In this document: positions 8,277 to 17,718 of the stretch, piece by piece
How positions within the stretch are numbered: position 1 is the stretch's first letter
Layout: the number at the start of each line of letters is the position of its first letter
Assembly (NCBI GenBank): GCA_964430705.1
Contig: CAYSGJ010000171.1
Coordinates: 1 to 59,869 of the forward strand
Length of the DNA: 59,869 nucleotides
Reading direction: 5' to 3'
Source of the DNA: an uncultured Desulfobacterales bacterium
GTDB lineage: Bacteria > Desulfobacterota > Desulfobacteria > Desulfobacterales > C00003060
Made by a program: the position numbers and the translations under genes
The notes under the pieces: model-generated
Databases searched by the model: none
Seen by the model: the letters and a program-made list of their open reading frames with translations, nothing else
What the model was told of the DNA's origin: nothing

Positions 8277-9983
8277 CTATTGTTGGGTGACCCTGAAAAC
8301 CTCTTCGATGGTCGTAACGCCTTCCAAAACCTTTTGGCCCCCGTCCTGTCGAATCGTCGTCATTCCTTTTTGTACGGCTTTGCGCTTGATGGTATTGGAA
8401 TCCGTGGTTTTCAGAATGAGATTCTTCAGATCATCATCGAGAATCATGAATTCAAATATGCCTGTTCGTCCCTTGTAGCCGGTTTGCAGGCAGGCCGGAC
8501 AGCCGGCGCCACGAAAAATTTTCTTGAGTTTAAGGTCATGAAGATCGTCGAGCGACAAACCGATACTCTCCAGGGATTCCTTGTCCGGCACGTAGGCTTC
8601 CTTGCACTCATTGCAAATCACCCTGACCAGGCGTTGGGCCAGAATGGCTATCACCGAAGAGCTGACCAGAAAACGTTCAATGCCCATGTCGATAAGACGC
8701 GTAACGGCACTGGCCGAATCATTGGTATGCAGGGTGGAAAAGACCAAATGTCCGGTTAAGGCCGATTGAATGCTGATCTCGGCTGTTTCAAGATCCCGGA
8801 TTTCGCCAACCAGAATCACGTCCGGGTCCTGACGTACGATGGAGCGCAGTCCCTTGGCAAAGGTCAGATCGATTTTGGGATTCACCTGGATCTGGGCGAT
8901 GCCGTTGATTTGGTATTCGACGGGATCTTCCACCGTAATGATGTTTATTTGTGGAGTATTGATCGTGCTCAGGGCGCCGTAAAGGGTGGTTGTCTTGCCG
9001 CTTCCCGTCGGTCCCGTAACCAGAATAATCCCATGGGGATTTCGAATCAGTCCGGCAAAAATCTTCAACCTTTCCTCGGACATGCCCAGGTCTGAGAGCC
9101 TCAACAACACGCTGGTTTTGTCAAGGAGTCGAAGAACGACCCGTTCCCCAAACGAGGTGGGAATGGTAGAAACCCGAATATCCACATTTTTATCCGCAAT
9201 TTTGATTTCGATCCGGCCGTCCTGGGGAAGCCTTTTTTCAGCAATGTTGAGGTTGGCCATGATCTTGATTCGCGACACCAGGGTGGACTGAATGTGCTTT
9301 GGCGGTGACAACCTGTCGTAAAGAATTCCGTCGATACGGTACCGGATTTTGAGCGTGTTTTGATAGGGTTCAATGTGGATATCGCTGGCCCGCGCCTTGA
9401 CGGCCTGTGAAAGCATCAGATTAACCAGCCTGATAATGGGCGCGTCGCTGGTCTCGTCCAATAGGTCCCCGGTTTCTTGGATCTGAGACATGATCTGTTC
9501 GCTGTCTTCGTCGCCATGCATGCCCTCAATGACCTGCTCTGCAGAGTCTCGCCCCATGTCATAGGCTGCATTGATGGTCGACAAGATGGCCGAATACGGC
9601 GCCAGTGCGATTTTGGCGCCATTCCATCCCAAAGCGAGACGCAAATCATCCAGCGGTTGGAAAATAAGGGGGTCGTTTACAACCACAACGGCGCCGTCAT
9701 CGTCAATCCAGGGAATCATTTTGTATTTTTTGAGAAAATGGATCGGCACCTGTTTGGTAAAATCGGTCTTCAGGTCTTCCGGCGAAAGATCGGGCCAAAA
9801 GGGGATCCCGAATTGCACGGCAAGGCCTTCCAGCACGTCCACCTCCGACAACACCTTGCGGGTCACCAGAATCTCGCCGATTCTGCCGCCCTTTTCGTTT
9901 TGCAACTCGAGGGATTCGGAAAGAATGTCCGGGGAAAGGGGGGTTGTTTCCACCAGTATTTCACCAAGCAGCCTGTGAACCAT
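8277..9983 (-). CDS. gspE: Type II secretion ATPase GspE
   Basis: ASDIHIEP, RLPQDGR, GPTGSGKTT, RQDPDVILVGEIRD, STLHTN, CxxC...CxxC; MshEN-like RLLGEILV/RIGEILV N-terminus; start placed at ATG 9983. Confidence 0.95.
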   Translation of the reverse strand: MVHRLLGEILVETTPLSPDILSESLELQNEKGGRIGEILVTRKVLSEVDVLEGLAVQFGIPFWPDLSPEDLKTDFTKQVPIHFLKKYKMIPWIDDDGAVVVVNDPLIFQPLDDLRLALGWNGAKIALAPYSAILSTINAAYDMGRDSAEQVIEGMHGDEDSEQIMSQIQETGDLLDETSDAPIIRLVNLMLSQAVKARASDIHIEPYQNTLKIRYRIDGILYDRLSPPKHIQSTLVSRIKIMANLNIAEKRLPQDGRIEIKIADKNVDIRVSTIPTSFGERVVLRLLDKTSVLLRLSDLGMSEERLKIFAGLIRNPHGIILVTGPTGSGKTTTLYGALSTINTPQINIITVEDPVEYQINGIAQIQVNPKIDLTFAKGLRSIVRQDPDVILVGEIRDLETAEISIQSALTGHLVFSTLHTNDSASAVTRLIDMGIERFLVSSSVIAILAQRLVRVICNECKEAYVPDKESLESIGLSLDDLHDLKLKKIFRGAGCPACLQTGYKGRTGIFEFMILDDDLKNLILKTTDSNTIKRKAVQKGMTTIRQDGGQKVLEGVTTIEEVFRVTQQ

Positions 9984-10013
9984 TAGATTATTGTCCTTGA
10001 AATTCGAAAAAAG

Positions 10014-10158
10014 AACCACGAAAACACGAAAAACGTAAGTGTATAACCCTTTAAGAACCTGCCGGCCCCTGTCTGACTGAATGATCTTTAGATATATAAT
10101 AGATACGGAAAAATAAAAAGACAACCACGAAAACACGAACCTTTCGTGCTTTCGTGGT
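10014..10158. repeat. Direct and inverted aaccacgaaaacacgaa repeats in the gspD-gspE spacer
   Basis: Identical 17-mers at 10014-10030 and 10123-10139; inverted copy ttcgtgctttcgtggt at 10143-10158 forms a hairpin. Confidence 0.8.
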
Positions 10159-10194
10159 CCATTTTTTTCCATGTTCGACCCGGCATGAACCGGC

Positions 10195-12531
10195 CTAATC
10201 AAGCGGCCCTTCTTCTGCCGCATTTGGTTCCTCTGTGGTCATATCCGGAGGCTCTTCATTGCGACCCCCGCCGTTTGTTTCGTCCCTTTCCATATCCGGC
10301 AGCCATTCCTCCACGGCGTCTGTGGGTTCGGGTTCAATTTTAAGTGTGGGACCAAGCACGGGTCTATCGTACAATTTGATCGCCCCTCCCTGCATTTGCG
10401 TAATGCCTTCGCGCCTCTCCTTGGACAGCCTGTCCGCCTCTTCGGGAGATTCCAGGACATGGGGGGTGATGAATATAAACAAATTCGTTTTGTTTCTGGC
10501 CTGTTGAAAAGACTTGAACAACCAGCCCATTCCCGGAATGTCGGAAAGGCAGGGAACGCCCGCGGTCCCACCACTGATCTGATCGCTGATCAGCCCTCCG
10601 ATGACCAGGGTATGGGTGTCTTTCACCACGACCGTCGTATCCGCAGTGCGCTTTAACGTTGTGGGTCTTTCACCGGCTTCCGCCACCGTGCTGTACTCCT
10701 GAAACACCTTGAGCCGCACGTAACGCTCGCGATTGATTTGCGGGGTCAGTTTTAGTTTCACGCCCACATCTTTGTATTCATAGGTCTGATAATTCTGGTC
10801 TCCCGAGGCCTCTTTGGTCAGATAGGGGATGTTGTCTACGATCTGGATCTCCGCCTCTTCATTGTCCGCTGTGAGAATCTGCGGGGTTTGAAGGATGTGG
10901 ACATCTGTATCTGATTGGAAAGCACGGGCGACTGCGCCAATAGAGGGAAACTGGATGCCTCCGATGGTAATGGCTTCTCCGAGGACCCCAAGACTGAATC
11001 CGTCAAGAGGAGTCAGGGTGGCGCTTGTAGGGTCGGGAAGGAGACCCGTTGGGCGGGATGCGGCAAACCCCCCAACGGTATTCCCCTGATAGGTGCCGAT
11101 ATCATCATCGCCGATGCGCCACTCCACGCCGATTCTAAAATCCTTGTCTGCCTTGACTTCCATAATCAGGGCTTCAATATAGACCATGGGGCGCGGGATA
11201 TCCAGTTTATCGATCACATCGGTCAGCGCCAGATAATCCTGCTTGTTGGCCGTGATCACCAGAGAATTGGTGGCCTTGTCGGAGACGATCTGCACCTCCT
11301 TGGAGATCACCGGCGCAGCGCCTTTTGCTTGTGCGCCTGTCGCGTCTTTGGTGGGCAGACTGGTCAAGACCTTGGCAAGCTCTTCCGCATCGGCATACTG
11401 GAGATAATGAACGCGGATGTCTCCTGTTCCCCTTGGTGTTTCCTGGTCCAGCATCTGGATCAGTTCTTTGATTTTAAGGGTGTCGTGTTCGCTGGCACTG
11501 ACGATCAAAGCATTCATTCTGTCGTCGGCAACGATTTTAACGGCAGGTGTTGCGGCCGCCACGGCTGCCGCTCTTATCCTGGCCGGCGCCCCCGCGGTCT
11601 GAAACAGCGTGGTCAGGGTTTTTGCAATGACGGCGGCTGTTGCATGTTCCAGAGGAATCAAAGAGACCTCCTCGCCGATTCCCACCACGTCAATGGCGCT
11701 GATAATACGCAACAACCGCTGAATATTGGACTCTACGTCCGTGACGATGAGCATGCCCGACGGTGGATATGACACCATGACACTGCTTTTGGATATGAGC
11801 GGGGCGAAAAGCTTCTTTAATTCATCCGGATTGGCATAGCTCAGGCGAATCAACTGCGTGATCACCTTGTCTTCCGGAATCCCCGCCTCTTCGCGAAGGC
11901 GGGTTTCAATGCTTTTGCCCCGGGCTTCGGTGGACGGTACGATTTTAATCACGTCTCCGGAGTCCACCGTGGTGAAACCATGGACTTCCAGCACCGATTC
12001 AAACACCCGGTATGCTTCATCCACGGAAATCTTTGTCGGTGAAATGATCGTAACCTTGCCCTTGACCCGGTTGTCGATAATGAAGTTTTTGCCCGTCACC
12101 TCACTGATGAATTTGACAAAAAGGAGAATATCGACATTGTCGAAGTCGATCGTAACGGATCGCTTGGGCGGTTCTTTTTTTTCGGGCGTCTTGTCCGGCG
12201 GCCGTACCGGCATTGCCGAACGCGCGTCGGCAGGCGGCGGTTCGCCTGCCGGGACCTCTGGGGCGGTCTGCGCCGGCGGTTGCGTGATTGGTTGTTGGAC
12301 CGGCGCCGGTTGCCTGGCTATGGGAGGGCTTTGCCGAACGACGGCGGCATCGTTGGACCCGTTGTTTGTTCGCGCGGGCTTTGATGGTGTTTTTTCCGGC
12401 ACTTCTTGCTCGGACACGCGAACCGCCTCGGCGATTCGACCCGTGCCCATCGCGAAAAAAACGAAGAGCAGCAAGCACGCAAGCTTAAGGCCAAGGCTAA
12501 GATTTTTCGGCGCTGTTGATGATTTTTTCAT
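10195..12531 (-). CDS. gspD: Type II secretion secretin GspD
   Basis: N0 domain (IDFDNVDI...GKNFIIDNRVKGKVTIISP), N1-N3 repeats, secretin domain (DVGVKLKLTPQIN, VPCLSDIPGMGWLF); Pro-rich linker; start uncertain (12531 or 12597). Confidence 0.95.
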   Translation of the reverse strand: MKKSSTAPKNLSLGLKLACLLLFVFFAMGTGRIAEAVRVSEQEVPEKTPSKPARTNNGSNDAAVVRQSPPIARQPAPVQQPITQPPAQTAPEVPAGEPPPADARSAMPVRPPDKTPEKKEPPKRSVTIDFDNVDILLFVKFISEVTGKNFIIDNRVKGKVTIISPTKISVDEAYRVFESVLEVHGFTTVDSGDVIKIVPSTEARGKSIETRLREEAGIPEDKVITQLIRLSYANPDELKKLFAPLISKSSVMVSYPPSGMLIVTDVESNIQRLLRIISAIDVVGIGEEVSLIPLEHATAAVIAKTLTTLFQTAGAPARIRAAAVAAATPAVKIVADDRMNALIVSASEHDTLKIKELIQMLDQETPRGTGDIRVHYLQYADAEELAKVLTSLPTKDATGAQAKGAAPVISKEVQIVSDKATNSLVITANKQDYLALTDVIDKLDIPRPMVYIEALIMEVKADKDFRIGVEWRIGDDDIGTYQGNTVGGFAASRPTGLLPDPTSATLTPLDGFSLGVLGEAITIGGIQFPSIGAVARAFQSDTDVHILQTPQILTADNEEAEIQIVDNIPYLTKEASGDQNYQTYEYKDVGVKLKLTPQINRERYVRLKVFQEYSTVAEAGERPTTLKRTADTTVVVKDTHTLVIGGLISDQISGGTAGVPCLSDIPGMGWLFKSFQQARNKTNLFIFITPHVLESPEEADRLSKERREGITQMQGGAIKLYDRPVLGPTLKIEPEPTDAVEEWLPDMERDETNGGGRNEEPPDMTTEEPNAAEEGPLD

Positions 12532-13351
12532 ACTCCACGTGTCCGCGCAGGTTTTGCAGGTCTTCGTCCGTTTCAGCCCATTGCCGGGCTGCTTCATCCA
12601 GAGAAATAGCCTTTTTCAGGTAGAACAGGCTTCGGCCAATATCCTTCTGCTGGGCATGCAGACACGCCAAGTTGTAATATGGATCCACATAGGCTGCATT
12701 CGTGCGTATGGCTTTTTCAAGAACCTTTCGCGCCTCGGGCAGGTTTTTTTGTTGGATGTAAATGGTTCCAAGGTTGTTCAAGGCGGAAACCAGGTTGGGT
12801 GAGGCCTTAAGGGCCGCCTTATAAAGATCGATGGCTTCCCGCAGTTGCCCGTTCTTTTGATGATCGAGCGCCTGCTGATAAAACGTTATATTCGTGCCGG
12901 CCGCAGGACTCTTGGGGGTAGGGGCCGGCGCCCGAACGGGTTCGTTTACGATAAGAGGCGCCGTTTGGTTTTGTATGTCGGCAAATGAATGCTGTCGGAG
13001 CGGCTTGTCGCCCGGCTCAATCCGGGGAAAGGGAACCGGCTCAGGTTTCGGCGCCACGGCATTGTCCGCGCGCGAAGAGAGCGCATTGGAAGAGATGGGG
13101 GCGGAGGCGTTGATGGCGGCGCGATAAAAACCGGGTTTTTCATTCCGGAAGATGGACAGTGAATCGATGGATTGAAGCCATGAAAAGGCGGCAAAAGCAA
13201 TCGCAAGAACAATAATTCCCAGCGATATCGATCGGTCGCGCTTGAAAACAAAGGAGCGCCTCGGCTTTCGAGGCCAGATGGCCGTGCACTTGCCGGCAAG
13301 GCGCTCTTTTTCCCGTTGGGCCTTTTTCAGGGCCTCATGAATGTAGCTCAT
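12497..13351 (-). CDS. GspB/ExeB-like membrane protein with C-terminal TPR repeats
   Basis: MSYIHEALKKAQRE N-terminus typical of ExeB-like partners of ExeA, one TM helix, Pro-rich linker, TPRs (ALNNLG, YYNLACL). Confidence 0.7.
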   Translation of the reverse strand: MSYIHEALKKAQREKERLAGKCTAIWPRKPRRSFVFKRDRSISLGIIVLAIAFAAFSWLQSIDSLSIFRNEKPGFYRAAINASAPISSNALSSRADNAVAPKPEPVPFPRIEPGDKPLRQHSFADIQNQTAPLIVNEPVRAPAPTPKSPAAGTNITFYQQALDHQKNGQLREAIDLYKAALKASPNLVSALNNLGTIYIQQKNLPEARKVLEKAIRTNAAYVDPYYNLACLHAQQKDIGRSLFYLKKAISLDEAARQWAETDEDLQNLRGHVEYEKIINSAEKS

Positions 13352-13544
13352 GGCAGGTATCTTTTTTCAGCCTCTGTGGATTCGGTCATCACCATGCTTG
13401 GCCGTCAAAATCTGATTTTCGGTCAAGCGCTGATTGCCGCGCAAAGCAATCTATTTTTGCGTGTACCATATCCAACATGGTGTATGTCAAGGAAAAAACG
13501 GTACAATATCTTGTGCTGGAAACGGTTTGTTCACTAAGCGCAAT

Positions 13545-15170
13545 CTATGCCATATCCGATATCTGGTAAAGCAAAGCCGTTGTCCCGCGATTAATCGATC
13601 CGTCCGGCGGGAGTCCGAAATCCAACTGGAACCGCATGATTTGCTCCCGCGTGGTGCGATCCAGAACCCCCTGCGGGTCCACCGGGTAGCCGATTTGTTT
13701 CAACATCCGCTGAATTTTGAAGACCGCCTCCTCACCCATTCCTTTTGCCGACCGGTCGCTTGCCGGTTGATGCGGATACACCCACGATATCTCGCCGTCC
13801 CAGTGGTTCAAAACAAAGTCTTCCGGTACGTGTCGATCCCGGCCGTTGGCGTCCTGAACAACGGCGCCGCCGGTCGTGACGCGCTTTACCAGCAGATATC
13901 GGATTGGCTTGTCCATGGGAGACCGTACGCGCATCCGAAAAGGCCGGGTGAACAGTCGGTAAAATTCAGGGGGCCCTTTAAAAGAAAAAACTCCGGGATA
14001 AACATCGCCGGTCGCCAAATCATTTTCGGCCTCTTGAACATTGAACAGTCTGAAAAGAGCAGCCAGGCTTGCCTTGTCGCTCAGCAATGCGCCGTCATGC
14101 CGTTGTCGGTCTTCAATCGGCCTCCTGACAAAAGGACCGTTCAAATTGGAGGGTGCGCCGTCCGGTTTGACGGTCCTTTGTTCGAACGCCCTGGTTTGAA
14201 CCGTCGCCACCGTTTGAACCGCGGAGAAAAGCCCCGAAAGCCCGGCGCCAAGGCGTTGCCCCCCCCAAAGATTCAACAGGATAACGGCCATGACGGCCAC
14301 GGCCGCCACCGGCGCGAGCTTTTTGGGAAGCCATTCCAACCGGGCCGTCCCCTGAGAAAAATTCCCGCGAATATCATCCATGGCCCTTCCGATGATGTGT
14401 CTGTCTATGGCGAATTGTTCCGTGCAGTAGGCCACAAGAAGGGCCCGATCACACAGCGCATTGATGCGTCTCGGATTGCCGCGTGAATATTTGTAAACGG
14501 CACGCACCGCGCCCTTGGTGAACGCCACGCGCCCACGGCTTCCGGCCACCATCAGCCGGTGTTCCAGATATCCCTGAACATCTTGACGTTCCAATGGTTT
14601 GAGAAAAAAACGCACGGCAATACGGTCGTCAAGCTGTTTGAGGTCCGGAGACGCCAAAAGCTCCGCCAGTTCGGGTTGTCCCACCAGAACGATCTGGAGC
14701 AGCTTTTCCCGCTCCGTTTCGAGGTTTGAAAACATCCTCAGTTGTTCCAGTGCTTTTTTTGACAGATTCTGAGCCTCGTCAATAATCAAAACCGCATTGC
14801 CGCCCCGTCTGAAGTTGGCTAAAAGAAACCGGTTCAGCAAGTCAATCTGTTGTTTTCTTGTCCGTGAAGCATCTCTATTTGGGATGCCGAATTCTTCGTT
14901 GATTGTTTCTAACAGCTCAACGTCGGAAAGCGCTGTATTAAAGATATATGCGGTCTTCAAAGAACCGTCTAGTTCGTTAAGCAATGTGCGACACAAAGTC
15001 GTCTTGCCGGTACCGACCCCTCCTGAAACAACCATAAAGCCTTTGCGTTCTTTGATTCCATAGCGCAGGTGGTTGAGGGCCTTGATGTGTTGGTTGCTTA
15101 AAAAAAGAAATCTCTGGTCCGGAGTCATTTTGAAGGGGTTTTCCGAAAGGCCGAAAAAAGCGGTATACAT
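13545..15170 (-). CDS. exeA: ExeA/GspA AAA ATPase with C-terminal peptidoglycan-binding domain
   Basis: MYTAFFGLSENPF, GGVGTGKTT, LIIDEAQNL, LVGQPEL, GNPRRIN; TM; C-terminal IQRML...FQLDFGLPPDG. Confidence 0.9.
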   Translation of the reverse strand: MYTAFFGLSENPFKMTPDQRFLFLSNQHIKALNHLRYGIKERKGFMVVSGGVGTGKTTLCRTLLNELDGSLKTAYIFNTALSDVELLETINEEFGIPNRDASRTRKQQIDLLNRFLLANFRRGGNAVLIIDEAQNLSKKALEQLRMFSNLETEREKLLQIVLVGQPELAELLASPDLKQLDDRIAVRFFLKPLERQDVQGYLEHRLMVAGSRGRVAFTKGAVRAVYKYSRGNPRRINALCDRALLVAYCTEQFAIDRHIIGRAMDDIRGNFSQGTARLEWLPKKLAPVAAVAVMAVILLNLWGGQRLGAGLSGLFSAVQTVATVQTRAFEQRTVKPDGAPSNLNGPFVRRPIEDRQRHDGALLSDKASLAALFRLFNVQEAENDLATGDVYPGVFSFKGPPEFYRLFTRPFRMRVRSPMDKPIRYLLVKRVTTGGAVVQDANGRDRHVPEDFVLNHWDGEISWVYPHQPASDRSAKGMGEEAVFKIQRMLKQIGYPVDPQGVLDRTTREQIMRFQLDFGLPPDGSINRGTTALLYQISDMA

Positions 15171-15186
15171 GCGATTCCCTTTCTCC

Positions 15187-16077
15187 CTACCTAAAGGCGT
15201 ATTTCAGTTCTTGTTGTCGCCCTCTTCGTTGAATGCCGAGCGAAACGGAAGATCCGGATTGAAGTTGTTCGTACAAATTCATAATTTCATCCGGGCTTGC
15301 GATGGGATCTCCGTCGATGTTTTGAATAATGTCGCCGTTTCGCAGTCCCAGGCGGGTAAAAATGGTATTCGGCCTGATCTGACTGAGCATCAACCCATCC
15401 GCCTGGCCGTCCTTATAGTGGGGCCTTACTCTGACCTGGGACAGAAGTTCGGTGACATTTTCCAGAGATTTGTTGACTACCGTGCGATCCAGCGTGATCG
15501 TGGTGGCCTGTTGCGTAGTTGCGGGCAATCTGGACTGAATGGCCGGACGACTGAGTCCCGGCCTTGATGGGCCCGCCTCTTCTTCCATGGTCAGAATTTG
15601 ATTTTTATCTCCAACCGCCAGGACGACTTTGCCCCTGAGGATCTTCAGAATCCGGGCATTCTGAATGGTATCTCCCACTTTGTAAAGGGTTTCGGATCTC
15701 TGCATTTTGTCCTGAATAACGGCCCTGGCGGTTTTTTCGTCACCGCTCACCGTGCCGAGAAGGGCGACCTTCAACTCCGTACGCTCCAAATCTTCCACAC
15801 TAATTTCTTTTGGTTTTTCGGTAATTTCCTCGGGCCGGCCAAAAAGCCCTCTGTCAATAGCCGAGGCATAGTGGTTAAACGACCGCTTTGCGGGCTGCGT
15901 CATCGGCGTCATCGTGCCTTCGGTGGCCACGCGTTTTGTCTCGGTCTCGGTAAGTTTTGATCCCGCAAACGTGTAAAAAATATCAACACCCGAGTAGATG
16001 ACAAAACTCAGAACCAATAAGTTGAGCAATGTGTACAAGTTTGAAAGTGTTCGATAGCGGCCGAGAAACATGGACAT
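15187..16077 (-). CDS. gspC: Type II secretion protein GspC with PDZ domain
   Basis: N-terminal TM, HR domain (LLGTV...AVIQD...YKVGD), PDZ (LGLRNGDII); cluster context. Confidence 0.85.
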   Translation of the reverse strand: MSMFLGRYRTLSNLYTLLNLLVLSFVIYSGVDIFYTFAGSKLTETETKRVATEGTMTPMTQPAKRSFNHYASAIDRGLFGRPEEITEKPKEISVEDLERTELKVALLGTVSGDEKTARAVIQDKMQRSETLYKVGDTIQNARILKILRGKVVLAVGDKNQILTMEEEAGPSRPGLSRPAIQSRLPATTQQATTITLDRTVVNKSLENVTELLSQVRVRPHYKDGQADGLMLSQIRPNTIFTRLGLRNGDIIQNIDGDPIASPDEIMNLYEQLQSGSSVSLGIQRRGRQQELKYAFR

Positions 16078-16098
16078 CTCTTTCTTATATGTAACACT

Positions 16099-17010
16099 TC
16101 ATTGCGCAAAAACGATGCGGGGTTGTGCCAATGTTCCCCGAACATTCACGATAAAACGACCCTCTTCCAGACGTTTGGTCAAAAAACTCACGGCATCAAA
16201 AAGCGCTCTTTTTTTCGTTAAAAAGTCGGCGGACGGCTTCACGGACACCATCAAATCAAGACTGCTTCGGTCGAAAACCGAATCCAGATAAATGGTGCCG
16301 GAGGCGGACGCATCCATTTGTCTTCCACCGAGATCGAACCCGTTTACAATGAGCTGTTGGCCGTCGAGAACCATTTGGACATTTATGCGATGGAAATCCA
16401 TGGACTGGAGATCCATAAAAGGTTCCACAAAAAAGATCCTGCCATCGACAACCGAAAACTTTCCTTGTCCCTCACCCCGCAAAAAGCCCCCTTGGGTCCA
16501 ATCGTAAGTCAAGGCGCCGTCCATGGTGCCGGAACAGTTCCTTTTGAATTTTTCTTGCAGGGCCTTATATAAACCCAATTGCACACCCGAAACCTCAATA
16601 TCTGAACTATAGGGGCCATGGAAGTTGTATTGGCCGGATGTAACCACCCCTGTGATCGTTCCACCGTAGGCTTCACAGGCGAACCTGACGGCAGGTTTTC
16701 TCAGGGTCAACGTCCGCAGGCTAGGCATTATCACGAAACTATCTGCTTTGAAAAGAATATTTCCTGGGTCGTTCTTATATTCCAGGTCGGCGCGTTCGGC
16801 CCGCAGACCAAAAGGCAGGGCAGGGCGAATCTTTTCGATTTTCAGCACTACGCCGGGTTCTATTCGGCTCGCCAACGCTTCCAGGTATCGATGAGCTGTT
16901 TTACGAGGAAAACATATATACAGCGAAACAAGAACAACTAAGACGCCGAAAATACCGTACCCAAGCCATATTGTGCGCTTTTTCGTAAATTTATTCGAAA
17001 AAACTCTCAT
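16099..17010 (-). CDS. gspN: Type II secretion protein GspN
   Basis: N-terminal TM ending LYICFP, AYGG motif, C-terminal RGTLAQP; position after gspM; start uncertain. Confidence 0.75.
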   Translation of the reverse strand: MRVFSNKFTKKRTIWLGYGIFGVLVVLVSLYICFPRKTAHRYLEALASRIEPGVVLKIEKIRPALPFGLRAERADLEYKNDPGNILFKADSFVIMPSLRTLTLRKPAVRFACEAYGGTITGVVTSGQYNFHGPYSSDIEVSGVQLGLYKALQEKFKRNCSGTMDGALTYDWTQGGFLRGEGQGKFSVVDGRIFFVEPFMDLQSMDFHRINVQMVLDGQQLIVNGFDLGGRQMDASASGTIYLDSVFDRSSLDLMVSVKPSADFLTKKRALFDAVSFLTKRLEEGRFIVNVRGTLAQPRIVFAQ

Positions 17011-17181
17011 GATTGCAACAAAAAAGCGGCGCCGATGCATATCAACGCCCGGAACAGGCAAATCCGGGGAGATGCATTGTTGGGGGCCGCCATATCAGAA
17101 CTCCGGATACAAAAATCCCGGATTGCTTTTGTCGCTTTGCGCCCCGATCGCAAAAATCTTTCCGGATTCGGATGGCCGGGG

Positions 17182-17718
17182 CTAAGCGGGTTGAACCGTG
17201 GAAATCTGCATGGTCGAATCCACATAACCCTGTCTTTCTTGGTGCTTCTTGATGGAGAGTCTTTTTATCTTGATGATGTTTTTTGGGTCTTCAATACGAT
17301 ACAGATACTCATAAAGTTCGGCCATGGTGATTCCTTGAAACTGCATTTCAACCGATGAGATTTTAAAATTGCCTTTTGCCTGGGATGTGGACGGTTTGAT
17401 ATATTTTATCCGATCTTTCAGGCCGACTTGGCTTGCCTCTTTTTCAAGAAGGGTAAAAAGGCTGAACCCTTGACCCCTGCCGGACAAGGCGCTTGCCACA
17501 TCGCCCGAACTGCCTTGAAGAACCCGGTACTCTTGGCTCAACAACAACAGCTCTTCAATGCGCTGTTGGCCCGTTTGGATGTTTCTCTCCAATGTGGTCT
17601 TGGCTGAAAGCGCCGGCAATATCAAAAGGTTCATCAGCAAGAAAATCCCAACAAAGGAAGCGCCTGCGCCGACGATGAGCTTTTCACGCCGAGCCAGTTT
17701 AATATTAATCTTTTTCAT
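17182..17718 (-). CDS. gspM: Type II secretion protein GspM
   Basis: LARREK plus TM, coiled coil, ferredoxin-like C-terminus; ATGA overlap with gspL. Confidence 0.8.
   Translation of the reverse strand: MKKINIKLARREKLIVGAGASFVGIFLLMNLLILPALSAKTTLERNIQTGQQRIEELLLLSQEYRVLQGSSGDVASALSGRGQGFSLFTLLEKEASQVGLKDRIKYIKPSTSQAKGNFKISSVEMQFQGITMAELYEYLYRIEDPKNIIKIKRLSIKKHQERQGYVDSTMQISTVQPA

Noticed and set aside
9984-10223. N-terminal extension of gspE in the ORF track
   Set aside because: Runs through the AT-rich repeat spacer and overlaps gspD
10915-14486. Long plus-strand ORFs (10915-11772, 11858-12802, 13434-14486)
   Set aside because: Antisense shadows of gspD and exeA with no recognisable motifs
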